Shown here: one piece after another, positions 27,170-40,905 of the stretch
Layout: each line of letters opens with the position of its first letter
Position numbering within the stretch: position 1 is the first letter of the stretch
NCBI GenBank assembly: GCA_013265495.1
Contig: MU057744.1
Coordinates: 186,001 to 250,000 of the forward strand
Direction of reading: 5' to 3'
Length of the DNA stretch: 64,000 nt
Source of the DNA: Vicugna vicugna
Lineage: Eukaryota
Position numbers and translations under genes: made by a program
Notes under the pieces: generated by a model
Seen by the model: only the letters and a program-made list of their open reading frames with translations
Databases searched by the model: none
Told to the model about the DNA's origin: nothing

Positions 27170-27720
27170 GAACAGATTAGAAACTAGTCTCCTGCCCATC
27201 CTTCCCAATTTTCTCCTGCTCCACGGAGACATCTGCTGTTAACTCTTCCGGCTGTGTCTCTGACAGTTAGCACCTTGTCTCTGAGTAATATTCTTATACT
27301 GCTACTTCTTTATTCATGCATTTTTAAACATTATTCTATTAACTCCCCATTTTGTTGTAATGACTTGACTTAAATATTTAAGCAACCTCTCTACCCTCCA
27401 TCTTACTAACACGGTTATTCTTTCTTATATAGTTTTTGAGGAGTTACTAACTGCGCCTTTGCTGTTTTTCTCTGTTTGTTATCACTGTATCATATCCCCT
27501 GCCTTGGGGGGGGTATGATACAAAGTCCTTTTTAATAGAAATGTCCCCTCCTTCATTCTGCATCCTGCTGTCTACGAGCACCTAGTGTTTCTGTGGAGAA
27601 GTCTGATGCCATTCCACCTTTCAGTCCTTTGCAATAAATTATTTTTCTTTCTGGAACTGTTTGAAGATTGTTGCTTTATCTCTAATGACCTGAAATTTCA
27701 TGACACTTTGATCCTATGAT
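27170..27720 (-). mobile_element. Old L1ME/HAL1-like fragment
   Basis: tagtgtttctgtggagaagtctgatgccattc...ctttatctctaatgacctgaaatttcatgac. Confidence 0.5.
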
Positions 27721-28389
27721 CCTTTTTAATTTAAAGCCTTTTGGAGTCTTGGCACACTTCACTGAAAGTAATTTGTTAAATATGTAGAATATGTGTCACA
27801 ACTGTAAGAAGACATAAAAATAAGACAGTCCCTGCTATCAGAAAGATCAAAATTATTAGGAAGAGAAAACAAACACTACAATGATAATAATAGGTGAAAT
27901 ACTATCTGTGACAGTACATAAATGCAAAGAATTCAGAGGGTTCAGAAGAGAGAAAAACATGTCTGTTTTCAAGGAAAGAGTGGGGAGACACAAAATGGTT
28001 CACATAAAGGCCAGAGCATTCCTGGCTGAGACATGAGTAAGTGAGACACTGGCATGGAAGGGTGGCATTTAGGGACAGAAAAAAAACCAGCATGGTTAAA
28101 AAGCATGATATCAGGAAAACAAAGGATGTTATCATTCAGGAAATACTGACTAATCCCATTTTGACAATGGCATCAGGATGTATTTAAGGAGAAATGGGAG
28201 GTGGATAAATACAGCTGTTGAGGTTGGCTGAGCACGGAGAACCTCAAGCACGCATGCCAAGGAGTCTGAAATTACTCTTAGATTCAGTTAGCATTTTGCA
28301 AATTACAATTTAAAATTCATAACTATTAAAACAATACTAGAAGGAGAAATGAATTCAGGTTCAACTAACAGTTATGAAAATGGACTTAC

Positions 28390-28481
28390 ATATGATTAGA
28401 TCTTCTTCCTCTATTTGTTTTCTTTCCTATGACTGGAGTGCCAAAATGTTCAGGGTTGGTGAGTGGGAGCTGGTCTAATGT
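28390..28481 (-). CDS. ARID4B: ARID4B coding exon (~exon 7), 92 nt, [30 protein letters not shown](I)
   Basis: cccacag|ACATTAGAC...CATAT|gtaagt; phase 0-2. Confidence 0.95.
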
Positions 28482-31400
28482 CTGTGGGTAGGAACATAAA
28501 CCCATCAAAAGTTATTACGTTGCAAGTTCTTTGTTTTTTTCTTTTTAAACCAAATCAGTTTAAGAATATGCTCAGATTTTGAGATTAAAAACTTCCCCCA
28601 AGGAAGACAAAAATACAACTTTCCTAAAGATAGAAAACTCTTGTTTCAAAGATATTAGGACAAAGATAAATGAGCCCATTACCAGAAAAGAAAAAAAGTG
28701 AAAAGAAATTTAGTTGTTCTCTCTAGATAATTTCATTATCTATTTGAAGGCTTGGCAGACTTCAAAGAATGATTAAAATACAAAACAAAACAAATACGGC
28801 TCAGTGGAAACATCTGAAAGATAAGGAACTTATAGGTAAGTACCTAACTCCTAGACTGGGGCTTTCTTTGCATATATGGAATCATAATCCATAAAACAGA
28901 AATCTCAGTAACAGAAAATTATCAGGATGAGCATCAACTGCTTGAAAAAAGGCTTCAGATAGGCTAGATTAGTACTTTGCAAACATTTTCTGCAATAAAC
29001 CTTTTTAAAGAAAATGTAGATATTAGTTTTTCTACATTTCATATTTTATTTTCCCTTCCTTTTTAATCTGAAGCATCCAATATTGTGCTTGGCAGGAAAA
29101 TAAGTCAACAAATAAACATTTCTTCCTTGTTATCAACTGACAGTTCATGTCAACCCTTTTGTCCCTCACCCCATTCAAAAATAATGACTTCCAGGGAAGG
29201 AATTAGTTGTAAGTTAAAAGCAGAGTAAAGGAAAGGGATTTTGGAATGCCTTTGTTTCTCGTATCGGAGACTTCTTGGATTTTTCTTGCCATTATTTCCT
29301 GAAAAGGCTTATACATCTAAAACGTTAATATCAACCTGAAGATGCTATCCCAACTAACTTAACTCTCTGAATATCAATTTTGATAATATTCTTACTTTTT
29401 CTGCATCCTAAAGACTTTGCATAGTTGCTATTCCTTTAATCCCTCCAAGAGCACCTTTGCTATTACAGATATTTTTATGAACATAAGGGGAACTAAAGAT
29501 CCCAGGAAACTGTCAGAATGGAAGCAAGGGTGAGGAACTACTCAGGATAAAGGCTTTTCAAAGTTATAAACACGAAGGTTATATGAAAGGATGTCCATCA
29601 ACTTCGGTGTAAAGATCAGACATCTAAATATAAACTAATGTTAATATTAAAAGAAAATTAACTTTTGTTTTTAAAATTGAGATAATTTTTTGAAACGATG
29701 AATTAAATAAAACATGAAAGAGGGAAGTATATTAATAACCTATTTTGCATATTTGCTTAAAATATACATACATATATTTAAGGCACATATATAGATACAT
29801 AGATATATATACCCAACAACAAAAAATAAAGCATAGGGAAAAGGTACTAGACATAAAGCATTAAATAAAAACTGATTTCTTGAAATGACAAAAACCATAA
29901 CTTTTATAGAGCTAAAATACCTAATCTTTCGAATTTAGTTTGTAAGTTGGACATTTTAAAATATTTTTAAAAATTTAAAACTATTTGGAGGCAAATGGCC
30001 CAAACACAGTAATACGCCAGACAAAACTCTTCAAAAGTCACTTGTCAGTAACTCCTAATTATGCTTCTTAAGGGCAAAAATTTCAAAGTACTATATTTGG
30101 TAAACAGGCAAAATAAGTTAATTTGGCTTCACTTTCCATCAAGTTAACAAAAGAATTAAATGTCCCTCCCTATTCCCCTAAAATTAAAGTTGCTCTCTTG
30201 AAAGGAGAGATTCTATCAAGTACTGTGACTTCTGTTTTAAGCATCAGCTGGTCATTTCACTTGTTAAAAGAAAAATACCCAGGATTTCTGAAGAGTTATG
30301 TAGAAACCCCACACAGGAATTCTCAAATAAACCATCATCTCTTCCTAGTATGTACTAAAGAATCAGAACAATCTACCCCTGGCCTCAGTCCACCTCCTGG
30401 AAAGCAAGTGACAGAAGAGACTAGGGGAAGCGTAGAATTTGTCTTGTCTTTTACCTGAAGGAAAAAACCAAAGACTCCTGCCTATGTTAAAAGCTCAAAG
30501 AAAATTCTGCAGGCCTTGGGGAAACACGCCTACAGCCTTGTTACCTACAATGCACTGAGGAGATGTGGAGCAGGATTTTATCTAAACTCTATGGAGTTTT
30601 CAACTGCATGGAGTAAATGCAAAGAGAGAATACCAGCTGGTAAAACGGCTTTTGGAAAACACTCAGATTGTGAATGCTCTGTAGACATACCAAAACACTC
30701 TAACAGCTGTCAGGAAGTTGGCACCATCCTCACTAAGCTGGTTACAGCTAGAACCAGTGATTTTGATGCTGGATTCAAACTGAATGAAGTTCTTATTGTG
30801 ATCTCTTATCACGAAAATATTGAATTTAAGTCTCTGGTTAGGTATGTAGCTTATTAATGGGATTAGTGGCCCAAAATACTGCCAGTATAATGTGGCTTTT
30901 CTTTCAAAGGCCAAACTTATATATAATAATAACAATGCTCTGTGCAAACTTCCAAAAAACTAAAACTGTCTTTTGAAGATATAAAAATTATCAAATAAAG
31001 GAAAGAATGCATAGATGGTAGGTTAAATACACTCCTGGTCATGTCTTCATAGAGCTTAATACCCTTAGAATTTTAAAATATTTTTGATTGATTAATGCTT
31101 TTTCTCCTCCAAAAGACAGTAAGTTACCCAAGGATAAATTCCATGTCTACTTAGCTTACCCCTGTGACCCCAGTACCTAGCACAGCACCTGGCCCATGGC
31201 AACAGGGAAAGGAGTAATAACACTAGTATTCCAATGTCCCTCTAGTAAAACATTGTTTAACATGTACAGACACGCACAGTGAAACAGATCCTTCTTAAAG
31301 TTAAGAAGGGTATACATGTCTTCACTTATGTGAAAAATCAAGTCTTCAAGGCCTCCATATTTGTTAACCAACTATAGTTATACATATGTTCTAACAAAGG

Positions 31401-32384
31401 GAAATGAAATTAGTTCTAAGAATTACATAAACTCAGAAAGAGTTCTATTACTTCACCAGTGTAAGAAGCCAAGTCCACTGTACTTGCCCCAAAGCTATAC
31501 GTATTAGCTATATTTAAACCTTCACAATTCACCAAATGTACTGAAGGCTTCTGTGCAGAAAACACTACTGGAAAAAGCGTAGCCTATCAAGATGACAGAA
31601 ACATGACTATTTCCCCAAAACAGCTTACAATTTTATAGAGAAAATGATAAAAGTAACCAAAAAGACCATAAAACAAAAATAAGAGAAGTACAAAAGGATT
31701 ACAGGATAAAGAGAGCCAGTCTGCTCAGAGAGCTCCTGAAAGACACCCTGAAGGAGGAAGCACTCAGTGGCCTGAGAGGAGCAGGGCTCAGCAGAAACCA
31801 GGAGAGCATGAGCCATAACCTTGAAATACCAAATAGTCTTACGAGGCCGAGGTACAGGTAAATGGTAGAATATGAGACGGAAAAGATAAGCTGGAATCAT
31901 AACAGAGAGAATACCTTAACTTGAAATGGGAATTCGGTCATGTAAGAGAAGGGAAAGTAACAACAAAGAAAAACATTAAAAATAAAGTCTAATAATTTAA
32001 AAAGCAGTATTAAAACGTCTCCACAGAAACACTGTTCTAAACAGTTACTAGAAAAAAGAAATCCTGGTTTGGCCACACTGTGCATTAATTAACATTTAGA
32101 CTGGACCAGATAAGACTATTTGTAACAATATGTCCGTTTTAAAAGTTCTGAGTTGCAAGTTACTAATCTAGAAAACTTTGTGAATTCCCTCCATTCTTAG
32201 GAACTTAATGACACCTTTCAATTTCAGAGCATGGTTTTGATGATAAAAAGTGCTGGCTTGAGAACCAGTTCTGACCATCAATACCATCATCTCTAAGTTG
32301 AACATCACAATCGCAATGACCCTCATGACGCTGTAAATGTAAGGTGTGTAGAAAGCACTGAGCAGAGTCCCTGGCAAATAGAAG

Positions 32385-32560
32385 CACTTCATTTATTCAT
32401 CCAACTAACATTTATTCAGTTCCTACTCTGTGCCAGGCACTGTTCTAGGAACTGGGAACAAAGTGGTGAAGAAAACATACAAAATCTCTGCTCTTTTGAC
32501 ACATTCTGGTAAGAAAGGCAGACAATAAACAATTAAGCACATATACATATTTTGGTGGCA
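32385..32560 (-). mobile_element. L2 3' end (preceded by a MIR tail at ~32250-32390)
   Basis: atttattcatccaactaacatttattcagttcctactctgtgccaggcactgttctaggaactgggaacaaagtggtgaa. Confidence 0.8.
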
Positions 32561-33064
32561 AAGAATAGTATGTGCTATAAAGAAAACTAAATCACCCTGA
32601 AGGGATTATGAGGAATGGAAGGAACTAGCGCGGAAAGGGCGGTCGGCAAGCCGTCTCCGAGGAGAGGCTACAAGCAGCAGTAGCAGGTAGGGCCTGCTTA
32701 CAGCATCTGCATTGCCTTTACTGATGGCGGGGCTGGCGTGGATCACATATCAGACACCTCTTTTCTACAGTTCTTCACAAACTAACGGAATCTATGTAAA
32801 AGCTGCCTAAAAATAATCATTAAACAGCCCCACAGTACTTTCTTCATGGGCAAACGCTAAAATACTTCTAGACAAAAAAGAATACTGAGCCTGGCACTCA
32901 AATGCAAGGCCTGAAACAGGTGTCACAGATGACACTATGGTGGTTTGGTGTATCAACGAGTTTTCCTGATTAACAAGTCAGCGGCTCTGGCTGGGAAAGG
33001 AAACCTTGCTGCCCGGATTCCGCGCACCCGGGCTGACGGCGGGCGCTGCGGGCGAGCCCCTTAC

Positions 33065-33144
33065 CTCGCTCTCGGCGAAGTGCCTCTCCCCCTTGAGGCA
33101 CAGCGAGGACCGCCGCAGCGTCTTCTCGTCCCCGTCGTCAAACA
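33065..33144 (-). CDS. ARID4B: ARID4B coding exon (~exon 6), 80 nt, (V)[26 protein letters not shown]
   Basis: ctcccgcag|TGTTTGAC...AGCGAG|gtaagg; phase 1-0; overlaps ORF 32978..33196. Confidence 0.95.
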
Positions 33145-33594
33145 CTGCGGGAGGGAGGCAGAAACGAAACCACTGAGCGGCTTTCAAGGTTAACAAGACG
33201 ACATGAACTACCGTCTAATTTTCTCAGCGCAAACAGAGCTGTTGTCTAAAAAGCCTGCTTCTGAAATCTGGTCCGCACTTTGTTTTCTAACGAACAACTT
33301 CCCACGTGGAGTAGTTTTTCCAGTCTCTAGCGGAACAGAAGTAACTGACATTGAAAAGAAAACCTGAAATTAAAACATCGTCCCTGGAACAGAAAACACC
33401 AAATAAAAATGAGAAGTTGGCATTTTCAGAAGAAACTTTTTAAATGCTAATTAATCCTTCTCAGTATGGTAAACAAAAGGCAAGTTTTCCTGCTGGTAAA
33501 TACTGACAGACTAACCTAGGAAACAGAAAATAAGAGTACCAATTTATATATTCAGACTACCCTTAAAAGATGACTCCATTTTTATTATTTAAAG

Positions 33595-33760
33595 CAACGT
33601 TCCTCAGCTTCAGTCCCAACACTGTGGACCAGATAACTGTCATGGGGGCCTGTGCCCTGCAGGACATTTAACAGCATCCCTGGCCTCCATCTCTAGATGC
33701 CAGTGGTACCCCCTTTTGCCCCCAGTTGAAAACTTACTTAAAGTACTAAAATGTCCCAGT
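33595..33760. mobile_element. MER20 (hAT-Charlie MITE)
   Basis: ggacatttaacagcatccctggcctccatctctagatgccagtggtacccc matches the recalled MER20 core. Confidence 0.8.
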
Positions 33761-34284
33761 AAACATTTATATATAAATAGAATATACGTATTTTTATGAC
33801 ATAATTTTAGCATATATTATGTTCCATACAAATCATGGAAAGGGAGTACCTCTACTTTAAATAAAGTCACCAGCCCTTGATTTTAGAAATAGTAGTTTTT
33901 GCCAAAAAAAAACACAAAACTAGGTTCTCATATGTTATATGTGACTTTACATTATGTGAGACTGGGAAAATACCTTTTACTACATCTTTTTAATGTTGTA
34001 ACTAAAATATTCTATGGTAAAAGTGCCACATTCATGAGACAACCACATTTAATTATCAACAAAACTTACTACATAGAATTGCTCACAGTCTATAACCTAC
34101 ACAGATTCAAATATTTCCTTATGTATCAAAATCAAATTTTCCCTCTCTTCACCAGGTTTTCTTCTCACCCCACAAAAATATACGCAAAACACATTTATAC
34201 TATTTCAAAGTTCCACCAAATTTTGACATCAACCAAAGACATTTTACTAGATGTTTATACTCATCTCTGAGGTCGTTAAAGAGC

Positions 34285-34520
34285 AAGAATTACTGCCATT
34301 CAATAAGTAATACTGGGATAATTACTCATATCTCTGCTATCAAAAAATACTATTTGATGATACTTCAGAATGTTCAAAAATTGTAGGTGAAGTAAAAAGC
34401 TTGTAAAACAAAAATAAAACTATAAATTGAAGAATACATTGGAAAATAAATGTATACCAATGGAAGGAAGAACTTAAAAAACAAGAATCAAAAGTAAAAC
34501 TACAAAGGACTGAAGATACT
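34285..34520 (+). mobile_element. Old L1M ORF2 fragment (host for younger nested L1 insertions)
   Basis: cattcaataagtaatactgggataatt...aaaaataaaactataaattgaagaatacattggaaaata; continues at 34840-34925 and after 41245. Confidence 0.55.
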
Positions 34521-34712
34521 ATTATATATAAAACAGCTAAACAGCAATGTCCCACAGTACGGCACAGGGAACTATACTCAATACCCTATGATAGCTTCTA
34601 ATGAAAAAGAACCTGAATAGGAGTGTATCTATACTCCTGAATCACTATGCTGTACACCAGAAACTAACACAGCATTGTAAACTGACTGTACTTCAGTTTT
34701 AAAAATGTTTTA
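34515..34712 (+). mobile_element. Short artiodactyl-type L1 3' end
   Basis: cggcacagggaactatactcaatacc...tgaatcactatgctgtacaccagaaactaacacagcattgtaaactgactgtacttca. Confidence 0.8.
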
Positions 34713-36064
34713 ATTACAAAGGAAAAGGTGACCATAGGAAAACTGACGGCAGAGGAGTAAAGCACAGAACACCTGCAGCTGAAGTGGCCACGGTTAACAG
34801 TCCCTTTATATATATACATATATAAACTCACACCCTGAAAATAAGAAAAAGACAACCAGTCCAAGAGGAAAAGAAAAAGCCTGGGAAGACACTATAAGCT
34901 GGTAATTCAAAAGAGAAAAAGAAACAGGGGATTACTGGATTCAAATGGTGGAGAAGAAGGATCCTGAACTCACCTCCTCTCATGAACACGATAAAATTAC
35001 AACTAATTGCTAAACAATCATCAATAAAAAAGAGGGGAACCCACCAAAAAACATCTTCTACATCAAAAGACATAAAGACGTAACCACAACGAAACAGTAG
35101 GAGGGGCACACTCACGATATCGTCAAATCCCACACACACTGGGGCGGGTTGGGGGGGGTGCAACTCACAAACTGGAGAATAATTATGCGGTACAAGTTCT
35201 CCCACAGGAGTGAGAGCTTCGAGGCCCACATCAGGCTCCCCAGCTCAAGGTTCATCACTAGCACAAGGAGCCTCCAGAGCATGTGGCTTTGAAGGCCAGG
35301 GGGGTCTGAATGGCAGGAGCCCCACAGGACTGGGGGCGGAGAGACTTTATCCTTAAAGGATGCGCATACAATCTCACCTGCACTGGGACCAAGGGCAAAA
35401 GCAGTAACTTCACAGGAACCTGGGCCAGACCTACCTGCTGGTCTAGGAAGGTCTCATGGGGAGGTGGGAAGCAGCTATGGCTCACCCTGGGGAAATAAAA
35501 GCTGGTGGTGGACATAACAGGGAGTGTTCATCTGCCTGAACTCTCCTGGAGGCTGACATCTTGCTTGGGTGGTTAGCACCAAGACCTGGCCCCACCCAAC
35601 AGCCTGCAGGCTTCTCAGGCCAAACAACTAACTGGGCAGGGACACAGCCCCACCCATTAGCAGAAGAGCTGCCTGAAGACCTCCTGAGCTTACAGTCAGT
35701 TGCCTCTCAACACATCCCTAGACAAAGCCCTGCCCACAAGAGGGCCAGGACCCAGTTCCACCCACCAGTGGGCAGGCACCAGTCCCTCCTGCTAGGAAAC
35801 CTGCACAAGCCTCTAGTCCAACCTCCACCCACCAGGGTGCAGACACCAGAAGTAAGAAAATAACAATTCCACAGCCTGTGGAAGAAGTCCACAAACCCAG
35901 GCCAAACTCTCCCCTGGGACCTGCTGATCCCTGGCCCTTGGGTGACCAGTGGGGAGTGCACTGCTGGGACACACAGATGTCTCCTACAGAGGGCTACATC
36001 TCCCAGGCTGAGAAACATAACTGATCCACACATACATAAAAATACAAATAGAAACTTACACAAA

Positions 36065-36947
36065 ATGAGGCAGCAGAGGACTATGTTCCAGACAAAGGCA
36101 CAAGATAAGAACCCAAAAGAAGTAAGTGATGAGGAGATAGGCAATCTACCTAAGAATGAGTTCAGAGTTATGATTCTAAGGTTGATCAAAGATCTCGGGA
36201 AGAGAATGGATAAACAGAGTGAGAAATTTGAAGTTTTAAGCAAAGAGTTAGAAAATATAAAGAACAACCAGAGTTGAAGAATCTAATAACTAAAATGAGT
36301 AACACACTAGGAGGAACCAAAGGTACACTAAATGAGGCAGAAGAACAGATCAGTGATCTAGAAGGCAGCAGTGGTAATCACTACCACAGAACAGAACAAA
36401 GGAAAAAGAACAAAAAGAAAAGAGGATAGTGTAAGAGACCTCGGGACAACATGAAGTGCACTAATATTCACATTACAGAGGCCCCAGAGGTAGAAGAGAG
36501 CGGGGAAGGACTTGAGAAAATATCTGAAGAGATAACAGCTGAAAACATCCCTAACTTAAGAAAGGAAATAGTCACTCAAGTTGAGGAAATGCAGAGAGTC
36601 CCAGATAGAATTAACCCTAAGAAGAATACATCTAGACATATTTATAATGAAATGACAAAAATTAAAAATAAAGACAGAATATTAAAAGCAACAAGGGAAA
36701 AGTAACAAATAACACAGAGTGGAACTCCCATAAGATTAGTCTTCAGCAGAAACTCTGCAAGCAACAAGGGAATGGCACGATATATTTAAAGTGATGAAAG
36801 GGAAAAACCTATAACCAAGAATACTCTTTCAGCAAAGCTCTTGCTAAAATTTGATGGAAGAAATAAAAGCTTTACAGATATGCAAAACCTAAAGAATTCA
36901 GCACCACCAAACCAGTTTTGAAACAAATGCTAAAGGAACTTCTATAG
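36065..36947 (+). pseudogene. L1 ORF1p remnant (stops and frameshifts)
   Basis: MRQQRTMFQTKAQDKNP...LPKNEFRVMI; NIHITEAPE...IT AENIPNL...RVPDRINPKKNTSRHI. Confidence 0.9.
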
Positions 36948-37408
36948 GCAAAAAAAGGCCACAACTAGAAACAAGAAAACTATGAAATGGAAAAGTTCAC
37001 TGATAAAGGTAAACATACAGAAAACACAGGAAATCACGCACACACAAACTACAAGGAAGGTTAAAAGACAAAAGTAGTAAAATCATCTATATCCACCCAC
37101 AGTAAGCAGTTAAAGGGATACACAAATAATCAAATGTAAAATACGGTATCAAAAACAGTAATCCTGAGGGGAGGGAAGTACAAATGCAGGGCATTTAAAG
37201 TGCATTTGAAATTAAGAGGGCAGCAACTTAAAGCAATCATGTGTCTATACATGGACTGCTATACCAAGACCTCATGCTAACTGCAAACCAAAAATACACA
37301 AAAGAGAAGACAGAATCCAAATGTACACTAAAGATAGTCATCAAATCACAAAAGAGAGCAAAAGATGAAAAAAAGACCTAAAAAACAAATTCAAAACAAA
37401 TTAACAAA

Positions 37409-40400
37409 ATGGCAGTAAGAACACACATATCAATAATTACCTTCAACATAAACGGACTAAATGCTCCAACCAAAAGATACAGACTCACTGAACGGATACA
37501 AAACCAGACCTGTATATATGCTGTCAATAAGAGACTCACTTCAGGGATAGAGACATACAGACCAAAAGTGAGAGGGAGGAAAAAGGTATTTCATGCAAAT
37601 GGAAACCCAAAGAAAGCTGGAGTAGCAATACTTACATCAGGCCAAACAGTCTTTAAAGACTGTTGTAAGAGACAAAGAAGGACACCACATAATGATCAAG
37701 GGATCAATCCAAGAAAAAGATACAACAATTGTTAATATATATGCACCCAACATAGGTGCACCTCAAAACAAAAGGCAATTGTTAACAGACATAAAGGGAG
37801 AAGTTGACAATAACACAATAATAGGGGGAACTTTAACACCCCACTCACGCCAATAGATTACAGGGACAGAAAAACAGTAAGGAAACACAAGCCTTAAATG
37901 ATACATTTGGGGCTTAACTGGTATTTACAGAGCATTCCATTCCAAAAGCAGCAGAATAAATATTCTTTTCAAGCGACATAGAACATTCTCCAGGATACAC
38001 CACATTCTGAGCCACAAAGCAAGCCTAGGCAAATTTAAGAAATCTGCAATTATATCAAGCATCTTTTCTGACCACAATGCTATGAGCTTAGAAATCAACT
38101 ATAAGAAAGAAAAAAGCAAAAATACAAATATGTGCAGCTAAACAACATGCTACTAAACAACCAATGGATCACTGAAGAAACTAAAGGAAAAATTGTGAAA
38201 ATACCTAGAGACAAATCAAAATAAAAACACGACAATCCAAAACTTATGAGATACAGCAAAAGCTGTTCTATGAGGGAAGTTTATAGCGATACAAGTTTAC
38301 CTCAGGAAATAAGAAAAATCTCAAATTAACAACCTAACCTTATAACCTAAAGCAATTAGAGAAAGAAGATAAAACAAAACCCAAAATTAGGGGAAGGAAA
38401 AAAGTCATAAAGATCAGAGAAGAAATAAATGAAAGATACTTAAAAAAAAAAGAAAGAAAAGATGAATGAAACTAAAAGCTGGTTCTTTGAAGACAAACAA
38501 AACTGATAAACCTTTAGCCAGACTCAACAAGAAAAAAAGGGAGAGGGCCCAAATCAATAAAATCAAAAGTGAAAAAGCAAATGTTACAACTAACACCACA
38601 GAAATACAAAGGATCATAAGAGGTTACTATGAACAACTATACGCCAATGAAACAGACAACCTAGAACAAATGGACAAATTCTTAGAAAGGCATAATCTCC
38701 CAAGACTGAGCAAGGAAATAGACTAATATGAACAGACAAATTACCAGTCCTGAAATTGAATCACTAATTTAAAAACTCCCAGAAAACAAATCCAGGACCA
38801 GACAGCTTCACAAGAGAATTCTACCAAACATTTAGAGAAGAGTTAATGCCTACCCTTCTAAAACTATTCCAAAGAACTGTAGAGGAAGGAGCACTTCTAA
38901 ACTCATTCTATTGAGTCCACCATCACCCTGATACCAAACCCGGACAAAGATACCACAAAAAAAGAAAATTATAGGCCAGTACCACTTATGAATATACATA
39001 CAAAAATCCTCAGCAAAAGACTAGCAAGCCAGCTCCCCAATGCAGTAAAATCCTGTAAGTGGGATTTATTCCAGGGATGCAAGGGTTTTTCAGTATCTGC
39101 AAACCAGTGTGACACACAAGACAAGGATGCCCACTCTTGCCACTTTTATTCAACACAGTTTTGGACGTCCTCGCCTCAGCAATCAAAGAAGAAAAGGAAA
39201 TAAAAGGGATCCAAATTGGAAAAGAAGAAGTAAAGTTGTCACTTTTGCAGATGACATGATCCTATAGATAGAAAATCCTAAAGATGTTACCAGAGAACTA
39301 CCAGAGTTCATCAATAAATCTGGCAAAGTTGCAGGATACAAACTTAATATACAGAAATCTGTTGCAACAAAATATCAGAAAAAGAAATTAAGGGAACAAT
39401 CCCATTTAACATCACATCAAAAAGAATAAAACAGAAATAAACCTACCTAGGGAAGCAAAAGATAGACACTCTGAAACTATAAGACACTGATGGGAGAAAC
39501 TGACGGAAAGGAATACCGAGTTCTTGAATGGGAAGAATCAATATTGTTAAAATGACCATACTATCCAAGGCAATCTACAGATTCAATGCAATCCCTATCA
39601 AATTACCACTGGCAATTTTCACAGAACTGGAACAAAAAAAATTTTTAATTTGTATGGAAACACAAAAGACTCTGAATAGCAAAAATAATCTTGAGAAAGA
39701 AGACCAGAGCTGGGGTAATCATGCTCCCTGACTTCAGACTATACTACAAAGCTACAATAATCAAAACAGTGTGGCACTGACCAAAAACAGACACACAGCT
39801 CAATGGAACAGCATAAAAAGCCCAGAAATAAACCCACGCACTTACAGGTCAATTAATCTACAACAAAGGAGGTTATACAATGGATAAAAGGCAGTCTCTT
39901 CAATAGTGGTGCTGGGAAAACTTGACAGAATGAAATTAGAACATTCTCCGGCACCATGTACAAAAATAAACTCAAAATGGACTAAAGATCTAGATACTCT
40001 AAAACTCCTAGAGGATAACATAGGCAGAACACTCTTTGACATAAATCACAGCAATATTATTTTCAATCTGTCTCCTAGAGTAATGGAAATAAAAATAAAA
40101 AACAGGCAAATGAGATTTTAATTAAATTTAAAAGCTTTTGCACAGCAAAGGAAACCATGAACAATACAAAGACAACCTACAGAATGGGAGAAAATATTTG
40201 CAAACGACAAGACTGGCAAGGGCTTAATTTCCCAAATATACAAAATAGCTCATACATTTTAATATCAAAAAAAAAAACAACCCAATCAAAAGATGAGCAG
40301 AAGACCTAAAAAGACATTTCTCCAAAGACATACAGAAGGCCAACAGGCACATAAAAAGATGCTCAATGTCACTATTATTAACTATTTGAGAAATGCAAAT

Positions 40401-40905
40401 CAAAACTACAATGAGGTATCACCTCACACCAGTCAGAATGGCCATCATTAAAAATCTACAAATAATAAACACTGGAGAGAATATGGAAAAAAGAGACCCT
40501 CTTACACTGTTAGTGGGAATGTAAACTGAAGTAGCCACTATGGAAAACAGTATGGAAGTTCCTTACTGTTACCATATAGTAAGAGTTAACATATGATCCA
40601 GCAATCCCACTCCTGAGCATATATCAGGAGTAAACAACTAACTCAAAAAGACACACGCACCCCAATGTTCATAGCAGCACTATTTGCAACAGCCAAGACA
40701 TGGCAGCAACCTAAATGTCCACTGACAAATGACTGGATGAAGAAGATGTGATATATATGCACAATGGAATGCTATTCAGCCATTAAAAAGAACAAAATGA
40801 TGCCATTTGCAGCAACATGGATGGACATGGAGACGGTCACTCTAAGTGAAGCAAGTCAGACAGAGAAAGACAAGTGTCAGGATATCACTTACATGTGGAA
40901 TCTAG
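37409..40905 (+). pseudogene. L1 ORF2p remnant (endonuclease, RT, C-terminal), fragmented
   Basis: ISIITFNINGLNAP endonuclease start, FADD codons near 39246-39257, [32 protein letters not shown]. Confidence 0.92.

Noticed and set aside
35707..36267. 186-aa minus-strand ORF, longest in the window
   Set aside because: Antisense of L1 5'UTR/ORF1, low complexity, no recognisable domain.
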